This document shows, piece after piece, positions 33,667 to 44,535 of a DNA stretch of 64,000 nucleotides. Location of the stretch: the NCBI GenBank assembly GCA_963804645.1, contig CAWDRG010000009.1, forward strand, positions 1,184,001-1,248,000, written 5' to 3'. Below the pieces are notes generated by a model. That model saw only the letters and a list, made by a program, of their open reading frames with translations, did no database searches and had not been told where the DNA came from. The stretch is from an uncultured Bacillota bacterium. Lineage in GTDB: Bacteria; Sysuimicrobiota; Sysuimicrobiia; Sysuimicrobiales; Segetimicrobiaceae. The position numbers and the translations under genes were made by a program. Each line of letters begins with the position of its first letter. The first letter of the stretch is position 1.

Positions 33667-33791
33667 TCGCCGGTCCCACCGTCACAGCACTCGCACCCGC
33701 GGAGCCGCGTGCGCCTTGAGGCTCCGTGCAACGAATACGCATGGGCGCGGCGATGCGGGCCCGCCGTATTCATTGCTCTCGTCGTGTGTCG

Positions 33792-34475
33792 TTAACTCCC
33801 GAGGACGTTGATCGCGCGCGCCCCGACTACCACGATGGCCACGAGCGAGATGGCGCCTTGCACCAGCATCAACAGCTTCGCGCGCGAGGTGAGCGGCATC
33901 GTGTCGGTGGGGCTGAACGCCGTCGACGTCGTGAATCCCAAAGACAGGTAGTCGGCGAACGACGGTCGCCAGTCGGCCGGGACGTGTGCGGGGGTCCCCA
34001 TCTGGGCGAAAAACCAATCGGGGCGGATGCCTCGGTCGCTCGCCCGGGCGTTCGGACCGCCTCGATCGATCTCCCAGTAGAGCAGGGAAAACACCAGCAC
34101 GTTCGAGGTCCAGATGACGACGGACGAGGAGAGCAGTGACAGTCCGCTGACACTCCCTGGATGTCGGACGATCGCGTCTGTCAGCACCTCGAGATTCACC
34201 ACGATGGCCGCGGTCACGGCCGCAATGAAGAGCAACGTGACCGTGCGCTCGATGCGCAGCCATACCGCGCTGGCAGGAGCCGCGGAGACGGCCGCCATCG
34301 GGGCGAGCACCACGGCGGCGGCGACGGACCACGACCAGATCGGCACCACGCGCACCCGATTGGGGAGCCACGTGTCCAGCGCGACCATGGCGAGGATGGT
34401 GAGCGCGGCGGGCCACCGTGCTTCGTGCCGCGACGGCTTCACCGACGCGTCTGACGCTGGAGCGCGCGCTCTCAC
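33792..34475 (-). CDS. DUF1345-like membrane protein
   Basis: Several TMs; FSLLYWEIDRGG, WRPSFADYLSLGFTTSTAFSPTDTMPL. Confidence 0.8.
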   Translation of the reverse strand: MRARAPASDASVKPSRHEARWPAALTILAMVALDTWLPNRVRVVPIWSWSVAAAVVLAPMAAVSAAPASAVWLRIERTVTLLFIAAVTAAIVVNLEVLTDAIVRHPGSVSGLSLLSSSVVIWTSNVLVFSLLYWEIDRGGPNARASDRGIRPDWFFAQMGTPAHVPADWRPSFADYLSLGFTTSTAFSPTDTMPLTSRAKLLMLVQGAISLVAIVVVGARAINVLGS

Positions 34476-34791
34476 GCCGAGGTCCTCGCGGGGCGCAGAG
34501 GCCGCGACGCGGCGATCGGTCCGTGGAGGGATACCCGGGCGTCGGTGGATGCCCGTCTCTTGCGGGGCGCGCGGATGCGCCGGCTCAAAGGCGTTATTCG
34601 CGGACCCACCGGTGGCGTGCGCATCGTACTGCCCTGAACTTCGATCTGGATCGGCGGTCTCCTACGGCATCGTGCGATGCGCGACCCGATCCGGGACGAC
34701 CGCGGATGGCGTCCGGGGATGGAGTCTGGCATACTCTACTCATGCGAGGACTGCGTTGGCCCATTCGTCCGCCCCGAGGCCTCGATCACCT

Positions 34792-35832
34792 ATGCCATTC
34801 GCCGATCTGATCGACCAGCGTCACGCCCAGGCGCTGCTGCGGGGCGCGCTGAGAAGCGGCCGCGTGTCGCACGCGTACCTGTTCGTCGGTCCCTCCGGGG
34901 TCGGCCGCCTCGCGACGGCGCGCGCGTTCGCGCAGGCGCTGCTGTGCGCGGAGCCCGGGGACGACGCGTGCGGGCGCTGCCCCGCCTGCCGCAAGGTCGC
35001 CGCGGGCGCGCACCCGGACCTGCGCGTCATCGCGCCGGGAGGGCGCACGGAGACCGGGGCGGAGCGCCGGGCGGTCGGCATCGATCAGATCCGTGAGCTC
35101 AAGCGCGAGGCCGCGTACGGGCCGTACGAGGGGCCCCGCAAGATCTTCATCGTCGAGGACGCCGAAGCGATGCGGGCGGAAGCCGCGAACAGCCTGCTCA
35201 AGATCGTGGAAGAGCCGCCGCCCGGCGTGATCATGGTGCTGATCGCGGAGTCCGCCGCGGCACTGCTGCCGACGCTGGTGTCGCGCTCGCAGTTGGTCCG
35301 ATTTTCGTTCGTGCCGACTCGCGAGATCGCGGACGCGCTCGTGGAGCGCTTCGGCGTGCCGGCAGACCGGGCGCGGTTTCTCGCCGCCATCTCCGGCGGC
35401 CGCGTCGGGACGGCCGTGGCCGCCGCGGCGGCCGGCGACGAGCCCTTCGACCGGCGGGTCGAGGTGCTGAAGACCCTCGACGCGGTCCTGCGCGGCGACA
35501 CGGTGGTCCGGCTCGACGCCGCCGAGTCGGTCGCGCGCCAGCGCGACGAGATCGAGCGCTGGCTGGATATCGCGCTGTTGTGGATCCGGGACGTCGTGGT
35601 GTGGCAGGAGACCCAGGACCCCGCGCAGCTGGCGAACCTGGACTCGCGCCGGGACGTCGCCGGGTGGGCCGCGTGGGCCAAGCCGGACGGGCTCCGGAGG
35701 GCCGCCGCGGCGATCGAAGAGGCGAAAGTGGATCTCACGCGCAACCTGAATCCGCGCCTCGTCCTGGAAACCCTGTTCGCGCGGCTGGACCTCGGGACGC
35801 CCGCCGCGCCCTCCGCCGCCCCGCGCCGCTGA
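34792..35832 (+). CDS. holB: DNA polymerase III delta' subunit
   Basis: [19 protein letters not shown] Zn site, [23 protein letters not shown]. Confidence 0.95.
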   Translation: MPFADLIDQRHAQALLRGALRSGRVSHAYLFVGPSGVGRLATARAFAQALLCAEPGDDACGRCPACRKVAAGAHPDLRVIAPGGRTETGAERRAVGIDQIRELKREAAYGPYEGPRKIFIVEDAEAMRAEAANSLLKIVEEPPPGVIMVLIAESAAALLPTLVSRSQLVRFSFVPTREIADALVERFGVPADRARFLAAISGGRVGTAVAAAAAGDEPFDRRVEVLKTLDAVLRGDTVVRLDAAESVARQRDEIERWLDIALLWIRDVVVWQETQDPAQLANLDSRRDVAGWAAWAKPDGLRRAAAAIEEAKVDLTRNLNPRLVLETLFARLDLGTPAAPSAAPRR

Positions 35833-35843
35833 TCGCGGCGCCG

Positions 35844-38800
35844 CTACTCGCCGGGCGCGGAGACCGCGCCGCTCAGGCCGAGCTGGCGCTCGACGAGGTC
35901 GGCGTACAGTCCGCCGCGCCGCGAGCAGGCTGGTGTGCGTGCCCGTTTCGACGAGGCGTCCCTGGTCGAGTACCGCGATCAGATCGGCGGCGCGGACCGT
36001 CGACAGCCGGTGCGCGATCACGATCGTCGTGCGGTCGCGCATGAGTGCGTCGAGCGCTTGCCGCACGAGCGCCTCGTTGAGCGCGTCCAGGTGCGAGGTG
36101 GCCTCGTCGAGGATCAGCACGGGCGCGTTCTTGAGGAACGCGCGGGCGATCGCCACCCGCTGCCGCTGGCCGCCGGACAGCTGCACGCCCCGCTCGCCCA
36201 CGCGCGTGTCGAGGCGGTCGGGCAGGCTCGCGACGAGGTCGGCCAACGCCGCGCGCTCGAGCGCGAGGCAGGATCTCCGCGTCGTCCGCGTCCGGCTTGG
36301 CGAGGAGTACGTTCCCGCGCAGGGTGTCGTTGAAGAGATACGTGTCCTGCGCGACGAGCGCGATCCGGCGGCGCAAGTGGTCGAGCGCGTACGCGCGCAG
36401 GTCGTGGCCGTCGAGGGTGATCGAGCCGCTCGCGGGATCCCAAAAGCGCAGCAGGAGGTTCGCGGCGGTGGTCTTGCCCGCGCCCGAGGGGCCGACCAGC
36501 GCCACGGTGGCGCCCGGGGGGACCTCCAGACTGACGTCTGAGAGCGCCGGGCGGCGCGCCCCAGGATAGGCGAACGTGACGCGGTCGAACCGGATCGCCG
36601 ATCCGCCGCGCGCAGGCGGCCGCGGGGTCTCCGGGCCGTCGGTCACGGTGACCGGCTCGCGGTGGACGCGGTGGAGCCGCCGGGTCGACGCGAAGGTATC
36701 CGCCAGCTGGCGGCCGACGTTCGCGATCTCCGAGACCGGCAGGAACGCCGCGACCGCGAGCAGCGTGAGCAGCGGCAGCACTCCCGGGTCGAGGCGCCGG
36801 TGGGCCGCGAGCCACGCGCCCGTAGCGGCGACGGCGAGGCCGCCGAGCCCCATGCTCACCTCCAGCTGGGCCGTCTGGTGCGACAGATCCCGGTAGAACT
36901 CGAGGCGCGTGGTTTGATAGGCGCCGACGATCTCCATGAACTCGGCGCGGCGGCGGCCGACCGCCTGGAACGCGACCAGCTCCGAGAGGCCTTGAATCGT
37001 ATCGGCGACGTGGGCCGTGAGCCGCCCGAGGCCTTCCCGGGCGCGGGCGCCGATCTCGTCGATGCGCCGTCGAAGGAACAGCGGCCCGATCGCGACGTAG
37101 GCGAGCGGCGGGAACAGCGCGAGGGCGACGGGCCACGCCACGATCGCGAGGACGACGAGGACGGCGGCCGGGGTGAGCAGCGCCACCGCCGCCGGGGTGA
37201 GCGTGTGCGCGTAGAAGAACTCGATCGTCTCCACGTCCTGCGTGGCAAGGCCGACGAGGTCCCCCGACCGGCGGCGCAGCAGGTACGCCGGCGCGAGGGC
37301 GTCCAACTTCGCGAACAGCGCGATCCGCATATCGGTCATCAGTTTGTACGCCATGACGTGGGCGAGGTAGGCCTCGACCCACTGCAGGAGCCCGACCAGC
37401 GGCGTCACCACGGCGAGCAGCACCAGGAGCCGGCCGTACGGCGCGTGGTGCCGCACCGCCACGACGATCAGGGCGCTCGCGACCGCGACGCCGACGAAGG
37501 CTGAGACGCGGCCGATCCCCGACAGCATCGTGACCGCGAGCATCCCGCGCAGCGGCGCGACGAACCGGAGCAGCATGGCGACGGTTCCGCCGAGCGGCAG
37601 CGCATCGGCGCGCACGATCGCGTCCGACGGCTCCTCTTCATCCGCGCTCCCGAGGAGGTCGGGGGTGCCCCGCGCCTCCGCGGGACGCGCCGCGCGCGGC
37701 TCGGCCGCGGGGCCGCGTTCCTCCGCCTGGCTTCCCATCAGGCGCTGATACGCGCCGTCGAGCCGCATCAATGCGTCGTGCCGGCCGCTTTCGACGACCC
37801 GACCGCCCTCGACCACGAGGATGCGATCCGCGTCGATCACGCTGGAGAGCCGATGCGCCAGGATCAGGGTCGTGCGGCCGGCCATCAGCCGGTTGAGGGC
37901 CTCCTGAATCACCGCTTCGTTTTCCGCATCGACCGACGACAGGGCCTCGTCGAGGATCAGAATCGGCGCGTCGCGCAGGAGGGCGCGGGCGATCGCGAGG
38001 CGCTGCCGCTGCCCGCCGGACAGCTTGGCCCCGCGCTCACCGATGACCGTCGCGTATCCCTGGGGCAGCAGCTGGATGAACTCGTGCGCGTTCGCAGCCC
38101 GCGCCGCGGCGTGCACCGCGTCCGCGCTGGCGTCCGGCCGGCCGAGCCGGAGGTTCTCCTCGACCGTCCCGTGGAACAGGTAGGTGTCCTGCTGCACCAC
38201 CGCGATCCGCGCGCGCGCCTGTTCGGGGTCGATCGTCCGCAGATCCCGGCCGCCGATGCGCACGACGCCCTCCTGCGGGTCGTACAGCCGCAGCAGCAGG
38301 CGTGCGATCGACGACTTGCCCGCGCCGCTCGGCCCGACGATCCCGACGCGCTCGCCGGCGTCGACGGAGAATGACAGCCCGTCGAGGGCGATGCCGCGCC
38401 GGCCCGGGTAGGCGAACCGCACGCCCTCGAACGCGATCGTGGGGCTCAGCGACACCGGCGCCGTCCCGGCCCCCGGCAGCGCCGGTACGTCCGCGTCGAG
38501 CAGCGCCGTGATGCCGATCGCCGCGGCCTGGCCGACGAGGCCCTGATGCAGCACCGTCCGGAGGTCGCGCAGCGGCCGGAAGATCTCGGTGCCCGCCATG
38601 AGGACGATCAGCAGCGCCTGCAGGCTCATGAGCCCATGGGAGACCCGGTAGGCGCCGAGCGTGAGGGCGACCGCCGCGCCGCTCGCCACCACGAAGTCGG
38701 CGACCCCGCGGCTCGAGAGGTTGGTGGCGAGCACGCGGATCGTGTCGCGCGACAGCGCGCGCGCCCGGTCGGCGAGCATGCGCCCCCGCGCGGCGCTCTG

Positions 38801-39436
38801 GCCGAACGCCTTCAGGGTGGCGAGGCCCTGCAGCGCGTCGAGAAACTCCTCGCTGAAGGTCTTCTGCGACGCGCGCAGCGCCATGCTGGCGCTCCGGCGG
38901 CCCTGGTGGGCCGTCGACGGCAGCACGAGCCCGAGCAGCGCGAAGACGAGCATCGTCGCGGCCACCGGGACGTCCCACCATGCGATGAACAGGAAGATCG
39001 CGACCGGCGTCAGCGCCGTCACGCACAGCTGGGGGAGGTACTGGCCGAAGAACGTCTGCAGCTGCTCGACGCCGTCCACGATCGAGAGCATGACGCCCCC
39101 GGTGCGCTCGCCGGCGAACCACGCCGGACCAAGCGCCGCCACCTTGTCGTAGAGTTGGCCCCGGAGGAGCGCCTGGATGCGCGACGCGGTGCGGTGCGCG
39201 ATCATCGCCCGCGCGTGCTCGAGCACGCCGCGCAGCAGCACCGCCGCGGCCGCCGTGGCGATCGGCAGCAGCAGCGCGTCCGTCGGCGCGCCGCGGAGGA
39301 CGAGCGCGAGCAGCCAGCCCAGGGCGACGAAGCGGGCGATGCCGACGAACGACGCGAGGAGTCCGACGGCGACCGCCGCCGCGATCCGTCCGCGCACCCC
39401 CCGCATCAGGGCCCACAGGCGGCGATCGAAGTACAT
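35844..39436 (-). CDS. Fused full-length ABC exporter (TMD-NBD-TMD-NBD, CydDC-like) with two apparent +1 frameshifts near the 3' end
   Basis: Two GPSGAGK Walker A and two LSGGQRQR signatures; the second NBD continues in another frame after ~36268 and again after ~35920 to TAG at 35844. Confidence 0.85.
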
Positions 39437-39495
39437 CAGCCCTCCGCCGTCACCACGGGTGGATGCGGGCGCCGCGCCTATCGGTGGTCATCGTC

Positions 39496-39720
39496 TTAGT
39501 GCGCGATCGCCCGGACGAGGATCAGCAGCGCGAGGATCCCGAGCGCGACCGCCCACCACGGAATTCCCCGGCGCTGTTTGGCGGGCTGGTCGCCCCGGGC
39601 GGCGCACGTCTCGCAGTAGTTGCCCGAGGACGTCCGGACGAGGCACGAGGAGCACAGCGCTTTGCCGCAGGTCGCGCAGTAGCCGAGCGCGAGCCGGTCG
39701 GGGTGGTTGGCGCACTTCAT
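39496..39720 (-). CDS. Small B-box-type zinc-finger membrane protein
   Basis: MKCANHPD...YCATCGKALCSSC...YCETC followed by a C-terminal TM; ATGA overlap with nfo. Confidence 0.8.
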   Translation of the reverse strand: MKCANHPDRLALGYCATCGKALCSSCLVRTSSGNYCETCAARGDQPAKQRRGIPWWAVALGILALLILVRAIAH

Positions 39721-40571
39721 CCTGCCACCGCCGCGCGCGGCGCCGGACGGAGGCGCTTGAGGAGCATCACGTTCTTGCGGTCGGGGCCCGTGCCCGCGAA
39801 CCCGGGCGTCTCGATCACGCCGGGAAGGCGGCCGAGCACGGGGTTGGCCAGCACGGCGCGGAACCCGGCCCGCCCGATCCATCCCTCGCCGATGTTCTCG
39901 TGACGGTCCAGGTGCGATCCAAGCGCGCCCTTGGAGTCGTTGAGATGCAGGACGCGCAGGTGGCGCGCGCCGACGGTCCGGTCGAACGCGGAAACCGCCG
40001 CGGCGACGCCGCGCGGCGTCCGCAGGTCCCATCCGGCGGCGTACAGGTGCGCCGTGTCGAGGCAGATCCCGAGCCGCCGGTGGCCGACCGTGTCGAGGAT
40101 CTCCCACAGCTCCTCGAACCGGCCGCCGATCGTGCCGCCGGCGCTTCCCTCGAGCAGGACCATCGCGCGGCCGCTGTCGCGCAGCGCGCTCCGGATCGCG
40201 CGCCCGATCCGCCGCCGGGCCTCGGGCCAGGGCGCGCCGACGGCGCTGCCGATGTGCGTGATCGCGGCGAGGCCGCCGAGCGCGTCCATGCCTTGGACGG
40301 TGTGGGCGAGGGCGGCGACCGAGCGGCGGTGCAGGCCGGGATCCGGCGCGGCCAGGTTGATCAGGTACGGCGCGTGGGCGACGAGCGGCTCGAGGCCCGC
40401 CGCCCGCCGGCGCCGGCGGAACTCGGCGAGATCGGCCGGCTGATACGCGACGCGCCGCCACTGGCGCGGGCTGCCGACAAAGATCTGCAGGCACTCGCAG
40501 CCGATCGCCTGGGCACGGGGGATCGCGTCGTAGATGTGGCCGCTGATGGAGACGTGGGCGCCGATGGGCAC
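39717..40571 (-). CDS. nfo: Endonuclease IV
   Basis: IGAHVS, QIF, HAPYLINL, CLDTAH, HLNDSK, DRHENIGEG. Confidence 0.95.
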   Translation of the reverse strand: MPIGAHVSISGHIYDAIPRAQAIGCECLQIFVGSPRQWRRVAYQPADLAEFRRRRRAAGLEPLVAHAPYLINLAAPDPGLHRRSVAALAHTVQGMDALGGLAAITHIGSAVGAPWPEARRRIGRAIRSALRDSGRAMVLLEGSAGGTIGGRFEELWEILDTVGHRRLGICLDTAHLYAAGWDLRTPRGVAAAVSAFDRTVGARHLRVLHLNDSKGALGSHLDRHENIGEGWIGRAGFRAVLANPVLGRLPGVIETPGFAGTGPDRKNVMLLKRLRPAPRAAVAG

Positions 40572-40705
40572 GCCGAGATGGTTCGGGGCGGCCGGTGGTC
40601 CTTCCCTGCGTCGGCGGGCGGAGGAGCGCTCCCGGCGGCTCGCGAAGCCAGCGCATCACGCCGCCGCCCGCCGACGGGCGGCGCGTGCGGCGAAGGAGGA
40701 CGGCG

Positions 40706-41890
40706 ATGGCCGAACATGCAGGGCGTGGCTTTACGACGCGCGCGGTGCACGGGGGCAAGATCCCCGACGAGAACAAGTCGGTGGTCACCCCGATCTACCA
40801 GACCGCGACGTTTCGCTACGACACGGTGGAGGAGGGCGCCCGGCTCGGCGCCGAGTCCGCGCCCGGCTACTTCTACACGCGCTGGGCCAACCCGACGACC
40901 GACATGCTCGAGCAGAAGGTCGCGCTCCTCGAGGGGGCGGAGGCCGGGCTCGCCGTGTCGAGCGGCATGGCCGCGATCTCGACCGCGGTCCTCGGCCTGG
41001 TGCGCGGCGGCGACCACGTGGTGGCGCCGAAGGCGGTCTATCAGGCGACGTTCGGGATGCTGCACAGCCTGCTGCCGCAGTACGGGGTGGAGACCACGTT
41101 CCTCGACGACCCCGATCTGAGCGCGTACGAGCGCGCGATCCGTCCGAACACCAAGCTCCTGTATATTGAGACGCCGAACAACCCGCTGCTCGGCGTCACC
41201 GACATCGCCGGGGTCGTGGCGCTGGCCAAGGCGTGCGGCGCGTGGACCATCGCGGACAACACCTTCGCGACGCCGTACAATCAGACCCCGCTCGCGCTCG
41301 GCGTGGACCTGGTGTGCCACAGCGCCACGAAGTATCTCGGCGGCCACCACGACGTCACGGCCGGGGTGCTCTGCGGCGGGCGCGACCTCGTCCGGCGGTG
41401 CGTGGGCACGATGCGCATCTTCGGCGGGGTCCTCGATCCGTTCGCGGCGTACCTCGTGGTCCGCGGCATCATGACGCTCGGCCTCCGGATGCAGCGGCAC
41501 AACGCGAACGCGCTCGCGCTCGCGCGGCACCTGGCTGCGCATCCGGACGTCGCCCGCGTGCACTATCCCGGCCTGCCCGGCCATCCGCGCCACGAGGTGG
41601 CGGCGCGCCAGATGCCCGGCGGCTACGGGGGGATGATGAGCATCGAAGTGCGCGGCGACGTCGCGGCCGGCGCGCACTGCGTCGAGGCCCTCCGGGTCGG
41701 CAAGCTGGCCGTGAGCCTCGGCGGCGTCAGCACGCTCGTGACCCACCCGGCCTCCACGACGAGCGTAAATATGCCTCCCGAAGTCCGCCGCGCCGCCGGC
41801 ATCGCGGACGGGCTGATCCGGATCTCGGTCGGCATCGAGGATCTCGACGATCTAATCGCCGACTTCGACCAGGCGCTCGTGCAGATCTAG
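40706..41890 (+). CDS. PLP-dependent Cys/Met metabolism enzyme (cystathionine/methionine gamma-lyase family)
   Basis: PIYQT, YTRWANPT, SSGMAAI, ETPNNP, DNTFATP, HSATKYLGGH, VSLGG. Confidence 0.93.
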   Translation: MAEHAGRGFTTRAVHGGKIPDENKSVVTPIYQTATFRYDTVEEGARLGAESAPGYFYTRWANPTTDMLEQKVALLEGAEAGLAVSSGMAAISTAVLGLVRGGDHVVAPKAVYQATFGMLHSLLPQYGVETTFLDDPDLSAYERAIRPNTKLLYIETPNNPLLGVTDIAGVVALAKACGAWTIADNTFATPYNQTPLALGVDLVCHSATKYLGGHHDVTAGVLCGGRDLVRRCVGTMRIFGGVLDPFAAYLVVRGIMTLGLRMQRHNANALALARHLAAHPDVARVHYPGLPGHPRHEVAARQMPGGYGGMMSIEVRGDVAAGAHCVEALRVGKLAVSLGGVSTLVTHPASTTSVNMPPEVRRAAGIADGLIRISVGIEDLDDLIADFDQALVQI

Positions 41891-41998
41891 GAGACGGGCA
41901 CCCGGCCCACCCCGCCGGCACGCCGTCCGACAAGGGTTCGCCCGCGCATAGGGAGTACCATAGCGGTGCGCACGGTGTCAGGCGCAGGGAGGTGCGGG

Positions 41999-43552
41999 AT
42001 GAAACGGCGTGAGCTGCTCAAGACCGCGGTGGCGGGGGCGGGTCTGGCCGCGCTCGCGGGATGGCGCGTCACGGAGGCCGCGGCGGCGGGCCCCGCGCGG
42101 GGCGGCACGCTCTCGTGGGCGTACACGACGATTCCGCTCCGGCTCGATCCCCTCTGGACTCAGGCGCGCACGGACAGCACCACGATCTCGAATATCTGCG
42201 AAGGCCTGGTCAGGGCGAACGCGACCGCGACCGCGGTCGAGCCCGCGCTCGCCGCGCGCTGGACCGTGAGCGGCAACGGCCTCACGTATACGTTTTACCT
42301 CCGCGACGGCGTCCGCTTTCACAACGGGAAGCCGGTGACCGCGGACGACGTGGTCGCCTCGCTCACGCGGTCGCAGACGCTCGGGGTCTACAAGTGGAGC
42401 CTGGCGGATGTGAAGACCATCGTCAAGCTCAACGACACGACGGTCGCGCTCGTCTTGAACGCGCCGGTGGCCAGCATTCTGGCGCGCCTGGCGATGATCT
42501 CCAACGCCGTGTTTCCGAAGGACGAGATCGACGCGATCGGGCAGCAGGAGTTCAAGAAGCCGATCGGGACCGGCCCGTTCATGGTCCGCGAGTGGGTGCC
42601 GAACGACCACCTCACGCTCGACGCGAACCCCCATTACTGGGAGATGGCCCCGGACGGCAAGCCATTTCCCTATCTCGACGGGGTGAGCATCAAGCAGGTG
42701 CCCGAGGACACGACCAAGGTGCTGCAGATCCAGGCCGGCGACCTCAACGGCGCCGAGGCGATCCCCTTCAGCCAGGTCCCGGCGCTCAAGCGCGACCCGC
42801 GCGGGCAGCTCCTGACGTTTCCGCAGCAGCAGGTGTACTTCATGGTGCTGCAGCTGACGCGCCCGCCGTTCGACGACGTCAAGGTCCGCCAGGCGATGAG
42901 CCTGGCGCTCGACCGGTCCGTGTTCGTCGACCGGGCGACGTCGGGGGTCGCGGTGCCGGCCAACTCGCTGATGCCGAAGAGCGGCCTCTACTGGAACGCC
43001 CGGGCGAGCCTTCCGTTCGACCCGACGAAGGCGAAGGAGCTGATGAAGGAGTCCAAGTATCCGACCGGGCGGAGCGGCATCACGATCCAGCTGCCGAGCG
43101 GGAGCCAGATCGGCCGCGACAACGCCGTCCTCGCCCAGCAGATGTGGGGGGAGGTCGGCCTCCAGGTGCAGATTCAGGAAGTCGACGGCTCGGCGCTCTC
43201 GGCCGCGTGGTACAAGAGCAGCTTCGACGCGATCTCGGGCTACCAGTGGACGAACGGGATGATGGACCCCGACCAGCTGGTGCAGTTCTTCTTCGTCGAC
43301 CCGAAGATGAACACCGGCTACCAGCCGAGCGATCACGCGGTGCAGCTCGTGAAATCGGCGGCCGAGGAGCTCGATCCGAAGAAGCGGGCGCAGATGTACT
43401 ACGAGATCCAGAACATCTACGACGCCGACATCGGCGGGACGATCCCGCTCTACTACACGCCGTCGGTGAACTATCTCACGCCGACCGTGCAGGGGTTCGC
43501 CCGGACGCCCCTTGGCGTGCCCATTTACTGGAGGACGTCGCTCCGAAAGTAA
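41999..43552 (+). CDS. ABC transporter substrate-binding protein, family 5, Tat-exported
   Basis: MKRRELLK twin-arginine signal; LAARWTVS.NGLTYTFYLRDGVRFHNG; GTGPF. Confidence 0.92.
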   Translation: MKRRELLKTAVAGAGLAALAGWRVTEAAAAGPARGGTLSWAYTTIPLRLDPLWTQARTDSTTISNICEGLVRANATATAVEPALAARWTVSGNGLTYTFYLRDGVRFHNGKPVTADDVVASLTRSQTLGVYKWSLADVKTIVKLNDTTVALVLNAPVASILARLAMISNAVFPKDEIDAIGQQEFKKPIGTGPFMVREWVPNDHLTLDANPHYWEMAPDGKPFPYLDGVSIKQVPEDTTKVLQIQAGDLNGAEAIPFSQVPALKRDPRGQLLTFPQQQVYFMVLQLTRPPFDDVKVRQAMSLALDRSVFVDRATSGVAVPANSLMPKSGLYWNARASLPFDPTKAKELMKESKYPTGRSGITIQLPSGSQIGRDNAVLAQQMWGEVGLQVQIQEVDGSALSAAWYKSSFDAISGYQWTNGMMDPDQLVQFFFVDPKMNTGYQPSDHAVQLVKSAAEELDPKKRAQMYYEIQNIYDADIGGTIPLYYTPSVNYLTPTVQGFARTPLGVPIYWRTSLRK

Positions 43553-43583
43553 CGGCGCGCGTCGCGGCACGCGGGAGACGTCG

Positions 43584-44522
43584 ATGAACCGGCGCGGGTA
43601 TATCGCCGGCCGGCTGGCGCAGATGACGGTGACGTTGGCCGTGCTCGCCGTGCTGGTCTTCTATATGATCCGGCTCATCCCGGGCGATCCCGTGATCACG
43701 ATGCTCGGCATCCAGGCGACGCCGGACTCGGTGGCGGCGCTGCGGCACCAGCTGGGGCTCGATCGCTCGGTGCCGGTCCAGTTCTGGATCTTCATCACCG
43801 GGCTCGCCCGCGGCGACCTGGGCAACTCGATCCTGGTGCGGGAACCGGTGATGGTGCTCGTCCGCCAGCGGCTGCCGGTGACGCTGTTCCTCGTGACCTA
43901 CGCGATGATCCTGGCGACGATCATCACGATCCCACTCGGCATCGCCGGGGCGCTGCGGAAAGACAGCGCCGCCGACCAGGCGATCCGCGGATTCTCCGTG
44001 CTGTGGATCTCCACCCCGAGTTTCTGGGTGGGGATCCTGATGCTCATCGTCTTCGGGGTATGGCTGGAGTGGTTTCCGGTTGGCGGCGGAGGCCGGACGT
44101 TCGCGGAGCACGCGTACTACCTGTTCCTCCCGGCCTTGACGATGGGCCTCGGGGTGTCCGCGGTGCTCATCCGGAACCTCCGCGACGCGATCCTGGCCAC
44201 GCTCGGCGCCGAGCACGTCGTCGTGGCGCGCGCGAAGGGGCTGCCGGGGCGGCGCGTCATCGTCCGGCATGTGCTGCGCAACGCGATCCTGTCGACCGTC
44301 ACCCTGCTCGGGCTCTATATCGGGTTTCTCGTGGGCGGATCGGTGATCATCGAGTCCGTGTTCGCGCTCCCGGGGATGGGCAGCGAGATGGTCGCCGCGA
44401 TTCTCGGACGGGACTACCAGGTGGTCCAGGGATTCACGCTCGTCTACGCCGTGCTGGTGTCCGTTGTCTACCTCCTCACGGACATCGCCTACGCGCTGAT
44501 CGATCCGCGCGTCTCGCTGTGA
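43584..44522 (+). CDS. ABC transporter permease (DppB/OppB-like)
   Basis: LIPGDP, GDLGNS, ARAKGL EAA loop, IESVFALPGMG, RDY. Confidence 0.93.
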   Translation: MNRRGYIAGRLAQMTVTLAVLAVLVFYMIRLIPGDPVITMLGIQATPDSVAALRHQLGLDRSVPVQFWIFITGLARGDLGNSILVREPVMVLVRQRLPVTLFLVTYAMILATIITIPLGIAGALRKDSAADQAIRGFSVLWISTPSFWVGILMLIVFGVWLEWFPVGGGGRTFAEHAYYLFLPALTMGLGVSAVLIRNLRDAILATLGAEHVVVARAKGLPGRRVIVRHVLRNAILSTVTLLGLYIGFLVGGSVIIESVFALPGMGSEMVAAILGRDYQVVQGFTLVYAVLVSVVYLLTDIAYALIDPRVSL

Positions 44523-44535
44523 GGCCGCGCCGCCC

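Noticed and set aside
34645..34695. Interrupted hairpin (GGATCGG...CCGATCC) upstream of holB
   Set aside because: No recognisable ncRNA family; such stems are common by chance at high GC
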